Positions 27,101 through 39,700 of a stretch of DNA of 64,000 nt are shown here, piece by piece. The stretch spans positions 63,984,001-64,048,000 of the forward strand of contig OX597817.1 in assembly GCA_951406725.2 (NCBI GenBank), read 5' to 3'. Every line of letters begins with the position of its first letter. The first letter of the stretch is position 1. Source of the stretch: Octopus vulgaris. Taxonomy: Eukaryota. The notes under the pieces are model-generated. The model was not told where the DNA came from, made no database searches, and saw only the letters and a program-made list of their open reading frames with translations. A program made the position numbers and the translations under genes.

Positions 27101-30100
27101 ATCAAAACCTTGTGGGTGGGTTTTGTAGATGGCAAATGAAAGGTCATCATGCATGTGTGTGTGAGAGAGAGAAAGAGAGAGATTGTGTGTGTGTGTATGC
27201 ATGTACATGCATGTGTCTGAGTTTGTTTACATTTGTACCTGTTTCTATAAAATTGCAAATTAAGTGCAGAGATGTTATTTTTAGTTCGCCTATCAACAAA
27301 TCATCCATTCACTTTGCACCTCCAAAACCAAGTGGAATAAAAAAAAAATTCAGTGCTTGGAAAACAGGCATAGGTTAGTGACTAGGACATCTGGCTGTAA
27401 CACAAATCTCAATAATATTTATCTCACCCATTCTGGCATGGAAAACATGAATGAATTAAGTGCATAATGATGTTTGTGTAATGCACTAAACATTAAGATT
27501 GGTGAAACAGACCAACTGTCAAACAAAAGAGAGAGACAAACAGGCAAACAGACAGACAGAGAAAGTGAAGATCCTCAGAATTAAGAAAAAGGAAAAGATG
27601 TAAAATCACATATTGACAGCTATAATAAATAAATTCACAGCTAAAATAAATAAATAGAATTTAATGATGACAAGATGTCACCATTTAAACAATATATTCT
27701 ATATATGTCAGTATATGAGTGAAATATTGCAGTCAATAAGTGGACAGTGAAACTACAAATAGTAACAGTAGTATCAGTAACAACACTAACAACAAATGTA
27801 AATTTAGGGCAGGGAACACTGACGGTGTGTCGGGGGCGTGGGTATACTCCTTGAGGAGAAATGGTTTGATAAGGTAATTGATGTGGTCAGAGTATGTGAC
27901 AGAATACTTAAGATTAGATTAGCGTTTCATCATGGGTTAGCAACTATTATTTCGGCCTATGCCCCTCAACATGGGCTACCTGATGGACAGAAAGACCGAT
28001 TTTATGACATCCTCTTGCTGACTACCTCGTTGACGAATGACAGGGACCTTCTCTTTGTGGCTGGTGACTTCAATGGACATGTTGGACAACATACAGGGGG
28101 CTTCCATGGCGTACATGGAGGCCACGGTTTGCAATACTAACTTCAGGAAACCTGCCAGTCACCTAGTCACCTACCGATCTGGTAGACACACAAGTCAAAC
28201 TGACTACATCTTCACCAAGAAAAGGGAAAGATGGCTGCTTATAAATGCCAAAACCTTCCCAGGCAAAGAATGTATACCCCACAACATAGACTGGTAGTTA
28301 GTGCCTTCAGGATCAGGGCTAAATGAATGCCCAGAAGATGACCAGTATGGAGGAGAAGGGTCTGGAAGTTTAAAGATCCTGCAAATAGATAGAGATTTAG
28401 AGACATATTACCCAAAGCCTTTGACGAAATAGAAGGGGATATAGCTTCACACGATGTAGAAGACAACTGGAGGTTTCTACGGGAAAATCTGCTGAGGGCC
28501 ACTGACTAGATCTGTGGATGGTGCAAAGTCCCCTCTCGACCCAAAATAACGTGGTGGTGGAACAATGTTGTTGACAGGGCTATTAGGGAAAAGAAACAGG
28601 CTTGGAAGGACTGGAAGAATGGTGGTAGCAGGGAATTGTATCAGACTGCCAGAAGGGAAGCTAGGAGACAAGTTTATTTAGCCAGAGGGCAAGCAGATAA
28701 GAAAAAATTTGCCAATGTTCTGCACCCTGAGGACCAAAGACTTGAGGTATTTCGTGTTGCAAGACAGTGTGTGAGAGAGAATCATGATGTCATAGGAGAG
28801 AAATGTGTTCACATGGATGATGGTTCACTTGCATTAAACAAGGCTGCAAAGAGAGAGGTTTCGAGACACCACTATGAAAGGCTGCTAAATAAAGAGAACG
28901 AATGGGAGAAAGAGAGCCTGCCGAATGCCAACCCAACAGAGGGACCAGCTATCCGAACTGACAGTGCCTTGGTAGATAAAGCAATTAACAGTATGAAGAC
29001 AGGGAAAAACACCAGCCCATCAGGAATCACTGCAGAGATGCTCAAAATATCTGGCAGTGTTGGCTATAGCCTAGTTACCCATATAGTCAACCAGGTGATA
29101 CATGAAGGAGTCACACCCAATGACTGATGTAGCAGCACCATAGTCAACTGCTACAAAGGTAAAGGTGACGCTTTAGATACAAATAATTACAGAGGTATCA
29201 AGTTGTTGTATCAAGTAATGAGGGTCACAGAGAGGGTCATAGCCCAAAAAATTAGGGAGAGAGTCAGTTTAGATGAGATGCAGTTTGGGTTTGTGCCAGT
29301 GAAAAGTACCACTGATGATATATTTCTGGTAAGACAACTGCAGGAGAAATACCTAACCAAAGATAAACCTCTGTACCTAGCTTTTGCTGACATGGAGAAA
29401 GCCTTTGACAGGGTCTCCCGATCCCTTATCAATGGGTGGTCAATGAGAAAACTAGGGATAGATGAGTGGTTAGTGAGAGCTGTGCAAGCCATGTATAAGG
29501 ACGCTGTCAGTAAGGTGAGGGTTGGCAACAAGTACAGTGAAGAATTCCGGGTTGGGGTAGGGGTCCACCAAAGTTCAGCCCTCATCCCCCTCCTATTTAT
29601 CATATTTAAGACAGAATGCTCCTGGGAGCTCTTATATGTTGATGACCTTGCTCTAATTGCTGAGTCACTATCAGAACAAGAGGAGAAGTTTCAGGTGTGG
29701 AAGCAAGGATTAGAATCAAAGGGCCTTAGAGTCAACCTAGCTAAAACCAAAGTCCTAATAAGTAGGAAGGCAGACAAACCATAAATCCCTTCAGATAGAT
29801 GGCCCCGCTTGATCTGTAGAAAAGGCATAGGTAGAAACTCTATACGATGTACCCAGTGTAAGCTATGGAAATATGCTGTGCTTGAGAAGACCTGGCAAGC
29901 CAAGTGAGACCAGAACCCATGGATCCTGTGCAGGTGGCACATAAAAAACATCATTTGAGCGTGGCTGTCGCCAGTACCACTTGACTGGCCCTCGTGCCGG
30001 TGACACATAAAAGCACCCACTACACTCTCAGAGTGGTTGGCATTAGGAAAGGCATCCAGCTGTAGAAACTTTGCCAGATCAGATTGGAGCCTGGTGTAGC

Positions 30101-33100
30101 CATCTGGTTCACCAGTCCTCAGTCAAATCGTCCAACCCATGCCAGCATGGAAAGCAGACGTTAAACGATGATGATGATGATGTATAAAGTAGTTGTTGAC
30201 TCTTAAATATGTAAAGAGTGGCTATTAACACTTACCTGTAACTGAGAATGTTAGTTCCACCTCCTTAGCAGAAAGTTTTTTTCGATTTTCCAGTTTAACT
30301 TCAACCGAAGGGGAACGCAATTCTGTGTTGAGTAAGATGTAGGCGGATTTCCTGCATGAAAACAAAATAACAAATAGAAATATCAACAAAATAAAAATAT
30401 CAAAACTGAGTAATTAGTTAAATGGGGAAATATTCTGCAAAAAAAAAAAAAGAAATACCAATTGAATTTTCATCATGTACCAGTGAAATCAGTGAAAATA
30501 TAACAGAAATAGAATATGAAACACACAGGCATTTCTGAACATTTCTGAGCAAAATAGATACATAAACTTTTAAATTCTATCTACTACTGTTGCTGGAAAA
30601 CTGTTGGTGTTACTGTTATATAGTCTCAGATTAGCCCTGATTGAGTAGATTTTTAAACAAAGTTGTTCTAGGTACAACAGGTGCTTTTATGTGACACTGG
30701 CACAGGTGACATATAAGGTAAAAGTCTTTTTTACCTTATATGTCATCCAGCATCAGCAAATTAAGTACCACTGATACAGTCAATCACCTACAATTCTACA
30801 TGCACCTCCATCTAGATATTAATACTAAAACCATGCATTGATTGACAGACTGTTGTTACCTGAGATCAATAATCCAGAGCATTGGGTAATAATATGGCCA
30901 GCCACAATAAGGTCCTTCACATTTCAACTCTACACAACTTTTGAAAGCTTCTGGCTGTGCTTCACGAACTCCTTTTAAACCATTGTGATCCAGTGATATA
31001 AACCATATACCAGAATCTGTGTGACTTACATTACCTTGTGCATCATGAAATCGTCTTCGAATATGCTGTAAGAAAAAAGATAAAGATAAAACAGCTTATA
31101 AAGAAAAAGAAAACATAAAATTATCACAACAATCCATGCTTTTACCATTTTTTTTTTCTGGCATAGTCAGAGGAGGAAGGGTAAACTAATGTGCCTCTTT
31201 TAGGTGCTTCCAAAACTTGGAAGGAAAGGCAGAAGTTATCATCAGGTCAGAGACTAGCCAAAAGACTAGATGATAACCCAAAAGGGTTGCCAAAGGGTAG
31301 ATTCCATTTAAGACACCACAGGCCACATTCAAGTGCTAAAACAGGTGATGAAATGAGTCTTCCACCTCAAAACAGGAGTGGTCTCTTTGAAGGGTTTCTA
31401 AGCAAGGCTTTGACAAGCACAAAGCTTTTGTGGAAGACTTTTGCCCAAAGATGCTCTGCAGTGGGATCAAACTCAAAACCGAGTAGCTGCAAGACAAACT
31501 TTTTAAACCAAAAAGTCATATTAAGATTTTATTTAATACCTGTTAAAAATGGCAGAATAGTTTTGAGACTAGTGTGCTCACAATAAATGACTAAAGGTTT
31601 ATAGGTTTAGAACACTGGAGCTGTTTAAAACAAATTCTTCTCACATTTCACAATTGAGTGGATTGTTAAGAATGAGAAGGAAGATTTCCAATAGTGAAAA
31701 AATCATAGATGTATTAAAAATATGCAAATGTTCAAATACTAAAACCAATCTTCAAAAGTCAGTATGAAGAATGGTTGAAGAAAAAAAAAGTCATAAAAAA
31801 ATTAAATGAAAGAAATAACAAGAAAAGCTACAAAGATTTCAGATAGTTGTGTTATATAAGCTAATTAGAAAACTAGTTTTATACTTCTCATTAAAGTTTG
31901 TCTAATTGATGATAGTGGCAATCTACTGCTAGAACACTGGTAACCAACTGCTGCAATGTTCATAACTCACTGCTGCAATATGGACAACAACATTGGCAAA
32001 CCAATGCAGGAACATAGACACAGTAACAATATTGGCAGTCCCCTTTGCAATGCTTTGTAAGCCAGCTGCTGCAGCAACACTAGCAATTCACCATAATGAA
32101 ACTAGCAACACACTGTAACAATACTGGCAATGCAATGCTGGCAAACCTGCAGTTATACTGGCGACCAACTGTAACAACACTAGCAATGTAACACTGGCAA
32201 ACCACTGTAACAACACTAGCAACATACTAACACTGTTGGTAACCCAGAGCAGCAACATGTGCAGACAATTCCCACATGGCCTCAGACTCAACACAGAGGC
32301 CTACATCAAGTGGTTGGAGGAGGTTGTGCTGCCCTGGGTCAAGGGAGTGGTTGCTGGAACACCCTATGTATGGCAACAGGACTTTGCACCATACCACACA
32401 ATTGTCCTGTCTGTAAATTGTCTCTTAGCCTATTGTCTATCGACAAACAGTCCATCTACCAAGCAGCAACACTGAGAACAACACTGCCAATTTACTATCT
32501 ACATCCCAGCTGCAGAGCCACTACAAAGTTTTTAATTCAAATTGAACATTCAATACACAAGATAGGTTTAGTAGTTTACAATTGTCATCAAGTTTTTTTT
32601 TTTATTTCACTTCTCTCCACTTTAATAGTTTACTGTCAACATGGGTTTCCTATGAAGTAGGAATGGTACCAATTAACCTACTAACTTGAACAGTAAAATG
32701 TGTTTACTTAACAGAGAGAATACAAGGAGTGGTCACAACATCATATAGTGGGGAAAGACATCTCTCCTGGGATCAAATGTCAGTGTATGGTGGTGTTTAA
32801 CATAGAATGAGGTTCTGAAAACCATCTCTCACACGCAGCCTGTAATAAGAACTGGTCAAGGATCCAATGGCAAAGATGGCCAGCTGAATACTGTACTAGT
32901 TTTTCCAAATCATCAGTAGGGTTTGAACTCAGCATTACAAGTTGATAAATACCTTTATTAACTTTAAAGCTAGGCACTATCCAAATGTGATCAATGCCAG
33001 GCCCGCCTGACTGGTTCCTGTACCAGTGGCACATAAAAAGTACCCACTACACTCTCAGAGTGGTTGGCATTAGAAAGGGCATCCAGCTGTAGAAACATTG

Positions 33101-34710
33101 CCAGATCAGATTGGAGCCTGGTGCAACCACTGGCTTTCCAGACTTCAGTCAAACTGCCCAACCCATGCCAGCATGGAAAATTATGTTAAATTATGATGGT
33201 GGGGGGGTGTCAGTGGCAGCGGTGATGGTGGTGATGATGATAGCAACTAACAAGACATAAAGTCAGAAGCTGGTATCTTGTCTCTAACCCTGCATTGTGT
33301 TGTAACCAACAGACTTGACTCTTTAGTAATTCAATCCAATTAAATGTAAAATGGTGCCATAGGGTAGAAACAATGAACTCTTGAAGTCAGTAGACCAGCA
33401 CAGTGATTTGAACTAATGATGGAGTCACAATGCAGTTTACTCAACTTACTAGGAATAGCAACCAACTAAATTTCCTGCAGATAGCATTTCATAATACTAC
33501 AAAAGGCACATTGAGAAATGTAGTCTTGGGTGGACTGTACCTCAGAAAACGATTAGATGATCATGGCTACATCGTATTTGAACGATCAGAACCCACCAGG
33601 AGCTAAACAACAACAATCCTACAGCAATTCTGTTGCTTTTGTTATGTTTAGCATTTTAGATTTTAAAAATAACCCAGATATTATAAAGAAGGAAAAGTAT
33701 GATATCAAATATGAGGTCTTACAAGCTAACCTACAAGATAGGGTAGCCAAATTTCCCTCAAATCACACCCACACTACCATCCTAAAATGGTCACATTGCA
33801 CAATGTATACTTGGTACTTCTAAAAGAATGGCATGGATAGTTATGCTTGATTGGGGCTGATTTAGAACTAAACAACAACAGCAAAAATAACAGCAACAGT
33901 ATGAAGTCTTACTTTCATCATCAGACGTTGATAAGCTGGTTTCTTGTCATCAAGGCTGTAAGGGAAGCCATAGTCAGTGAATAATATCACCGCAAAGCCA
34001 ATAAGAGTGACTACAGATAAAATGCCAACTAATTTCTTCAGGCCACTGCTGACTATCCATATATTAGCCTAAAAAAAAGAATATATCTAATCATTAGTAA
34101 CAATAAGAACAAAAAAAACAATAAAAAGTACAACATTAATAATAATAATTTTTCTAATTTAGGCATAAGGGACAGCAATTTTAAATAGAGAGAGTTAGTC
34201 AATGTGACTCCTTTACTTCACACGTACTTTATTTTAACAACCCTGGGGGAACTCTGAATAAAAGGAGCCTTAGCTTGCCACAAGGAATTTTGGTCGTCTC
34301 TAACAGTTCCACCACTTCATCACTTTCCCCCCAATAAATACAACAATATTTATGATGAATTTTTTTCCTAACATAGGCTCGACATCAGGTTTTCTTTTGT
34401 TTCTTTTAACATTTACTTTACCCCCAGTGCTTTAGTAGTACTTTATTTCACCTGTTGTGAAGTAGTGGGAAGTACAAACATAAAGATACTAACACATAAA
34501 TATATGGAGCAAGCTACCACAGTTTCCATCAATCAAATTTATTCATAAAGCATTGGTCAATGCAAGGGTATTGTAGAAGACATTTGCTCAAGGCACCATG
34601 TAGAGGAACTGAATCTGAAATCACACTGTACTAAAGTAAGCTTCTTAACATGCCTGCAACTGTGACATGCCTATATATATATATGTATACATATACACAT
34701 ACATACATAC

Positions 34711-34741
<31 letters not shown>

Positions 34742-35128
34742 ACAAAGTGAAGTTGTAAGTGGAAATATATATGTGAGTGGAAATATATATGAAAGAAGGT
34801 GTGAAAATGCAATTTTAAAGATGTTTATTCACTTGACCGGTTTTTTTAGAAAAGATTATCAAAAGTATTAAAATACATATACATTCTCTGATAATAATAA
34901 GAAAATGTTAAAAACAGTTTACATGATTGTTTCAGTCATGTGACTGTGGTCATGCTGGAGTACCACCTTTAGTTGAGCAAATCGACCCCAGGACTTATTC
35001 TTTGTAAGCCTAGTACTTATTCTATCGGTCTTTTTTGCTGAACTGCTAAGTTACGGGGATGTAAACACACCAGCATTGGTTGGTTGTCAAGCGATGTTGG
35101 GGGGATAAACACAGACACACAAACATAT

Positions 35129-35177
<49 letters not shown>

Positions 35178-36758
35178 TACGACGGGCTTCTTTCAGTTTC
35201 CGTCTACCAAATCCACTCACAAGGCTTTGGTCAGACCAAGGCTATAGTAGAAGTCACTGAACCTGGAACCATGTGGTTCATAAGCAAGCTACTTACCACA
35301 CAGCCACTCCTACGCCTATATATATATACATATGTATACATATATGCATATACTGGATTGCCTTGTGTATATATATTTAATCTAAGGTGTACCTGCTGAA
35401 AAAGACTTCGCCTAGCAAATTATTTTATTTGCTAAAAAAAGTCTGAAACCATTGGTCCAGGAGTTAGATGGTGAATGTTTTTATTTTTCATTCCCTTCGA
35501 AACTTTATCCCTAATAGCGGTTTGGAATTTAACTGTCCTTTCTAGCGTTCAAGGAATCCTATGATGGATACCTCTTATGTGTTTGAATGTACACTATATT
35601 TATATGAACAATATATAGTTTATTGACTAAATTTTTTTACATGCTAGGCCACTGGTAATGGAAATTTCAAATATTTCTGATTACCCTTTGATATTATTAA
35701 TCATTGATAATTTTTCTGGATAATTTTCAAATCAAAAAGCCGGCATTTTATTTACTGCAGACAAGGAGCTGTGCTTGCATGGTAGAAAAATTAGAATGTA
35801 TAAGCACGGGGCATATATTTGATTGCCTCATGTATATATATTTAATCTAAGGTGTACCTGCTGAAGAAGACTTCGCCTAGCAAATTATTTTATTTGCTAA
35901 AAAAAATATGAAACTATTGGTCCAGGAGTTAGATGGTAAATGTTTTTATTTTTCATTCCCTTCAAAACTTTATCCCTAATAGTGGTTTGGAATTTAAAAA
36001 CATTCGAGCGAGGTCGTTGCCAGTGCCGCTACACTGGCTCCTGTGCAGGTGGCACATAAAAAGCACCATTTGAGTGTGGTCGCTGCCAGTACCGCCTGAC
36101 TGGCCCTCGTACCGATGGCACATAAAAGCACCCACTACACTCTTGGAGTGGTTGGCGTTAGGAACTCTGTAGAAACTCTGCCAGATCAGATTGGAGTCTG
36201 GTGCAGCCATCTGGTCTGCCAGTCCTCAGTTAAATTGTCCAACCCATGCTAGCATGGAAAGCGGACATTAAACAATGACGATGATGATACCTCTTATGTG
36301 TTTAAATGTATACTGTGTATATATATATGCGCACACACACATACACATGTGCATATAGTTGTAGAACACAGGGAAGAAAATCACATTATAATACAAAAAA
36401 AAGGCAGCGTAAAATAGCGTTGTATTGAAACTCTGAAGGGTTCATAAACTGTTACTCTGAGTTTCATAGAACTGACTTAGATACCCATGCATATTTAGAA
36501 CAACATTATGGTTTATTAATGTCATTTATAAACCATACAACTGCTCAAAATATTCATGACTGTCTGATATCCGGATACATGAAACTCTGTGTAACAGTTT
36601 GTGAAGTTGTTTTCAGCTTCAATAAAACATGATTGATTGATTGATTGATTGTCAGACAGACAGACACACACAAACAGACAGATAGACAAACAGACAGATA
36701 CATAGATAGACAGATACATAGACAGACAGATACATAGACAGACAGACAGACAAACAGA

Positions 36759-36794
<36 letters not shown>

Positions 36795-39700
36795 TAGACA
36801 AACAGACAGAGAGACAGACAGGCAGACAGACAGACAGATAGATACTCACACATACACATATATACATATATTAATACACATAAGGGTTGGATAAAATAAT
36901 AAAATCATCACTTTTTATTGCACTACTTTTTCTATTGGCAACATAAAGTAAAACCTGTTCTCGTCTGTAGATATGTATTCATTTGAATTATGTATATTTT
37001 GTATTTCATGACCTAGCTCTGTTTTTCATTTTTTTGCAGCTTTATGTATTTAAATAAGTAAAAATGCATTAAATACTTGATTTTCAAAGAGCACAAATTT
37101 TTGATGTTTCAAACAACTGAATTGTTTAATGTTTCAGGAAAATCTCTAAAATCATGTTGACATTCCAAAACCAAGGTAAAACCAGCCCTAATAAGCATAA
37201 TTCTGGACAGAAGGCAAAGCTCATAGAGAGTGATTGTAAAAACCATTGAACTGTCAGCTAAACTGACAGCAAAACTAAACCACCTGTGTGTCAACTAAAA
37301 CCATTTGTTTTGTACTCCATAAATCTGTATAGCATAGGAGGGCTGCAACTGATAAGCAGAAAAAAAATGGAGTTCAAGACTTATCAGAAGTGGTCATTGG
37401 CTCAAGGGAACAATGTCATCTTTGATGAATCATTACTCACCCTTTTTTCCCCCCACCTAAGAGTAAGTTTATTCTGGAGACAGCCCAAATAAGCCTTCAT
37501 CCTGACAGTTTGACCCCTGCAGTGAAGCATGGAGGTAGCTCTGTGATGATTTGCATAGCCATGTCACAGAATTCACATGACTCTTTAGTTGTTCTACATG
37601 GTCAATTTAACACCAAAGATTATCTGAGTAAGTTCACTGATCATGTTCATTCTACATTACAAGTATTGTTCCCTGGTGGTAGTGCAATCTTCCCAGATGA
37701 TAATGTGTTGATTCACAACATTAGCTGCTGTGAGTCAGCACAAAAGTGATGAAGACTGCTTGGACTATTCCCTACAATAATTGATTCTTAATATAGTTGA
37801 ACATTTATGGTGCATTTTGAAGCAGCAAGTCAGAGACAAATTCCCTTAATGTAGTTCTCAAACAGGATCATGTGTGGCTGTGTAGTTATAAAGTTTGCTT
37901 CCCAAACACAGTTTTCAGGTTCAGTCTCACTGTGTTGCACCTTGGGTAAGTGTCTTTTTCTGTAGCCCTAGGCTGGCCCTTGTGAATGGATATGATAGAT
38001 GGAAATTAAAAGAAGCCAGTTGTATATGTATATATATATAAGAGGGATGACTTGTAAGGGGACATCCATTATGCTAGAAGAAGATCTATATAAGACCTCT
38101 TATATGTATGTAATATAATTTTTTCTGAAACTTCAGATTTTTCAATATGTAGACCACTGGTTTTAAATTAATATTCAATTTTTCACCCTTACTATTTTAA
38201 ATTTGTATGCATGTGTGTGAGTAAGTCTCCTTATCACATGATAGTTGTAAGAGTCAGTGTCAGACAAACAATGTCATTCTTTTGCAACAATCTGCATATA
38301 TATGTCTGGCTATAAGGAAATATTACTTTCCTTGAAAACAGGTAAGGGTTGGTAACATGAAGGGCATCTGGTAAAGAAAATACATCTCAATAAACACTGT
38401 CCAAATTATGCAAGCATGAAAAGATGGACATTAAAACAATGGTGTGTGTGTGTGTGTGTATGTGTGTATGTATGTATGTATGCATGCATGTAAGTATAAG
38501 CAGAGTCCATCAGGACAGCTTCCATAGTTTCTGCCAATCCAATTTCATTAATAATACTTGGATCAACCCAAGAATATGGTAAAAGACATCTTAGTCTAAA
38601 ATGCCACATAGTAGCTTCAAACATAGAACATTATAATTGAGCAATGAAATTCTTAACCACTTTGTCATACATGCATGCATATGCACACACACACTCACAC
38701 ACACATATATATATATAATCAAAATATGCAACAGGAGTATCAAAAGGTAATGTAGAATGACAGTTTCAAGTGGCTCCATTTAATTGAACAATGCAATCAT
38801 TACATCAATTTAAATGCAAGGCTATCCTCGGCTGCATAAATAAATAAAATTTTTAATCAGTTGGACACATTAATATAATTTTACTCAAATTCTCTAAGAG
38901 AGTAAGACAGGGGAGAGAGTACATGTTGCTACTAATATAGCTAAAAATATACTACACTTCTAAGAACTGTATGAAGTTTGTTAGGGTCATAGCTTGTAAA
39001 GGATTGTGGTTCATTTTTAATTTATTAGTCTTTTTTCATCAACAACCAAATCTAAGGCTAGAGGACAGTGCCTGTTTAGAATGGTGGGCAGGAATGAGTT
39101 GACAGTTTATAGTTGGGTATGGTCATAAATATTGTCAGGATTTTAGGATTTGTAAAAGTAACTGTCTATAAAGGAGGCTGGGTAGGGGAAGACCCCAAAT
39201 CAAGATGCTAATTACCAGTTAAAGGGGCAAGATGCTAATAAAACCTATGATATTAATACAGAGGAAATTATCATGGGGTACTATGGATGATCGTATATAA
39301 ATAATATTATGTTGTATAAAGATAACATTACTAAAAATGATATTAAAACTAGAATAGATAAAATAAGTATATATACCAATTTTCAACATTAGAATGGGAA
39401 GATTACATAGAATTAGTTTAATATTCATTCCTGTACTTAATTATTTACTTATTAGGTGGTTTCTATAAAGATTGCTCTAGGTATTTACTTATGGAATACT
39501 GGAGTGATATATCATGCTATCTTTTTATTAATTATAAGCTAAGAATAAAAAAAAATAAGTTATGCACAGATGTGTGTGTGTGTTCTTACAGCCTTATCAC
39601 ATTGAATACGCCAGTTCTTGTTCGATCACCAAAGTTAAGCAATGCCAAATCTAGTTTGTACTTAAGTGGGTGACCGCTTGGGAAACCTAAGTGCTGTAAG

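Larger units (their letters stand above)
35345..36330 (+). repeat. Tandem direct repeat (period 465 bp) with one hammerhead per unit; second unit interrupted by an RTE 3'UTR at 36000-36287
   Basis: 35345-35532 matches 35811-35998; tacctcttatgtgttt at ~35569 recurs at ~36288. Confidence 0.85.

Noticed and set aside
31930-32260. CRISPR-like array (also considered for 42350-42740)
   Set aside because: Eukaryotic context, degenerate units, no constant repeat with unique spacers, no cas genes.
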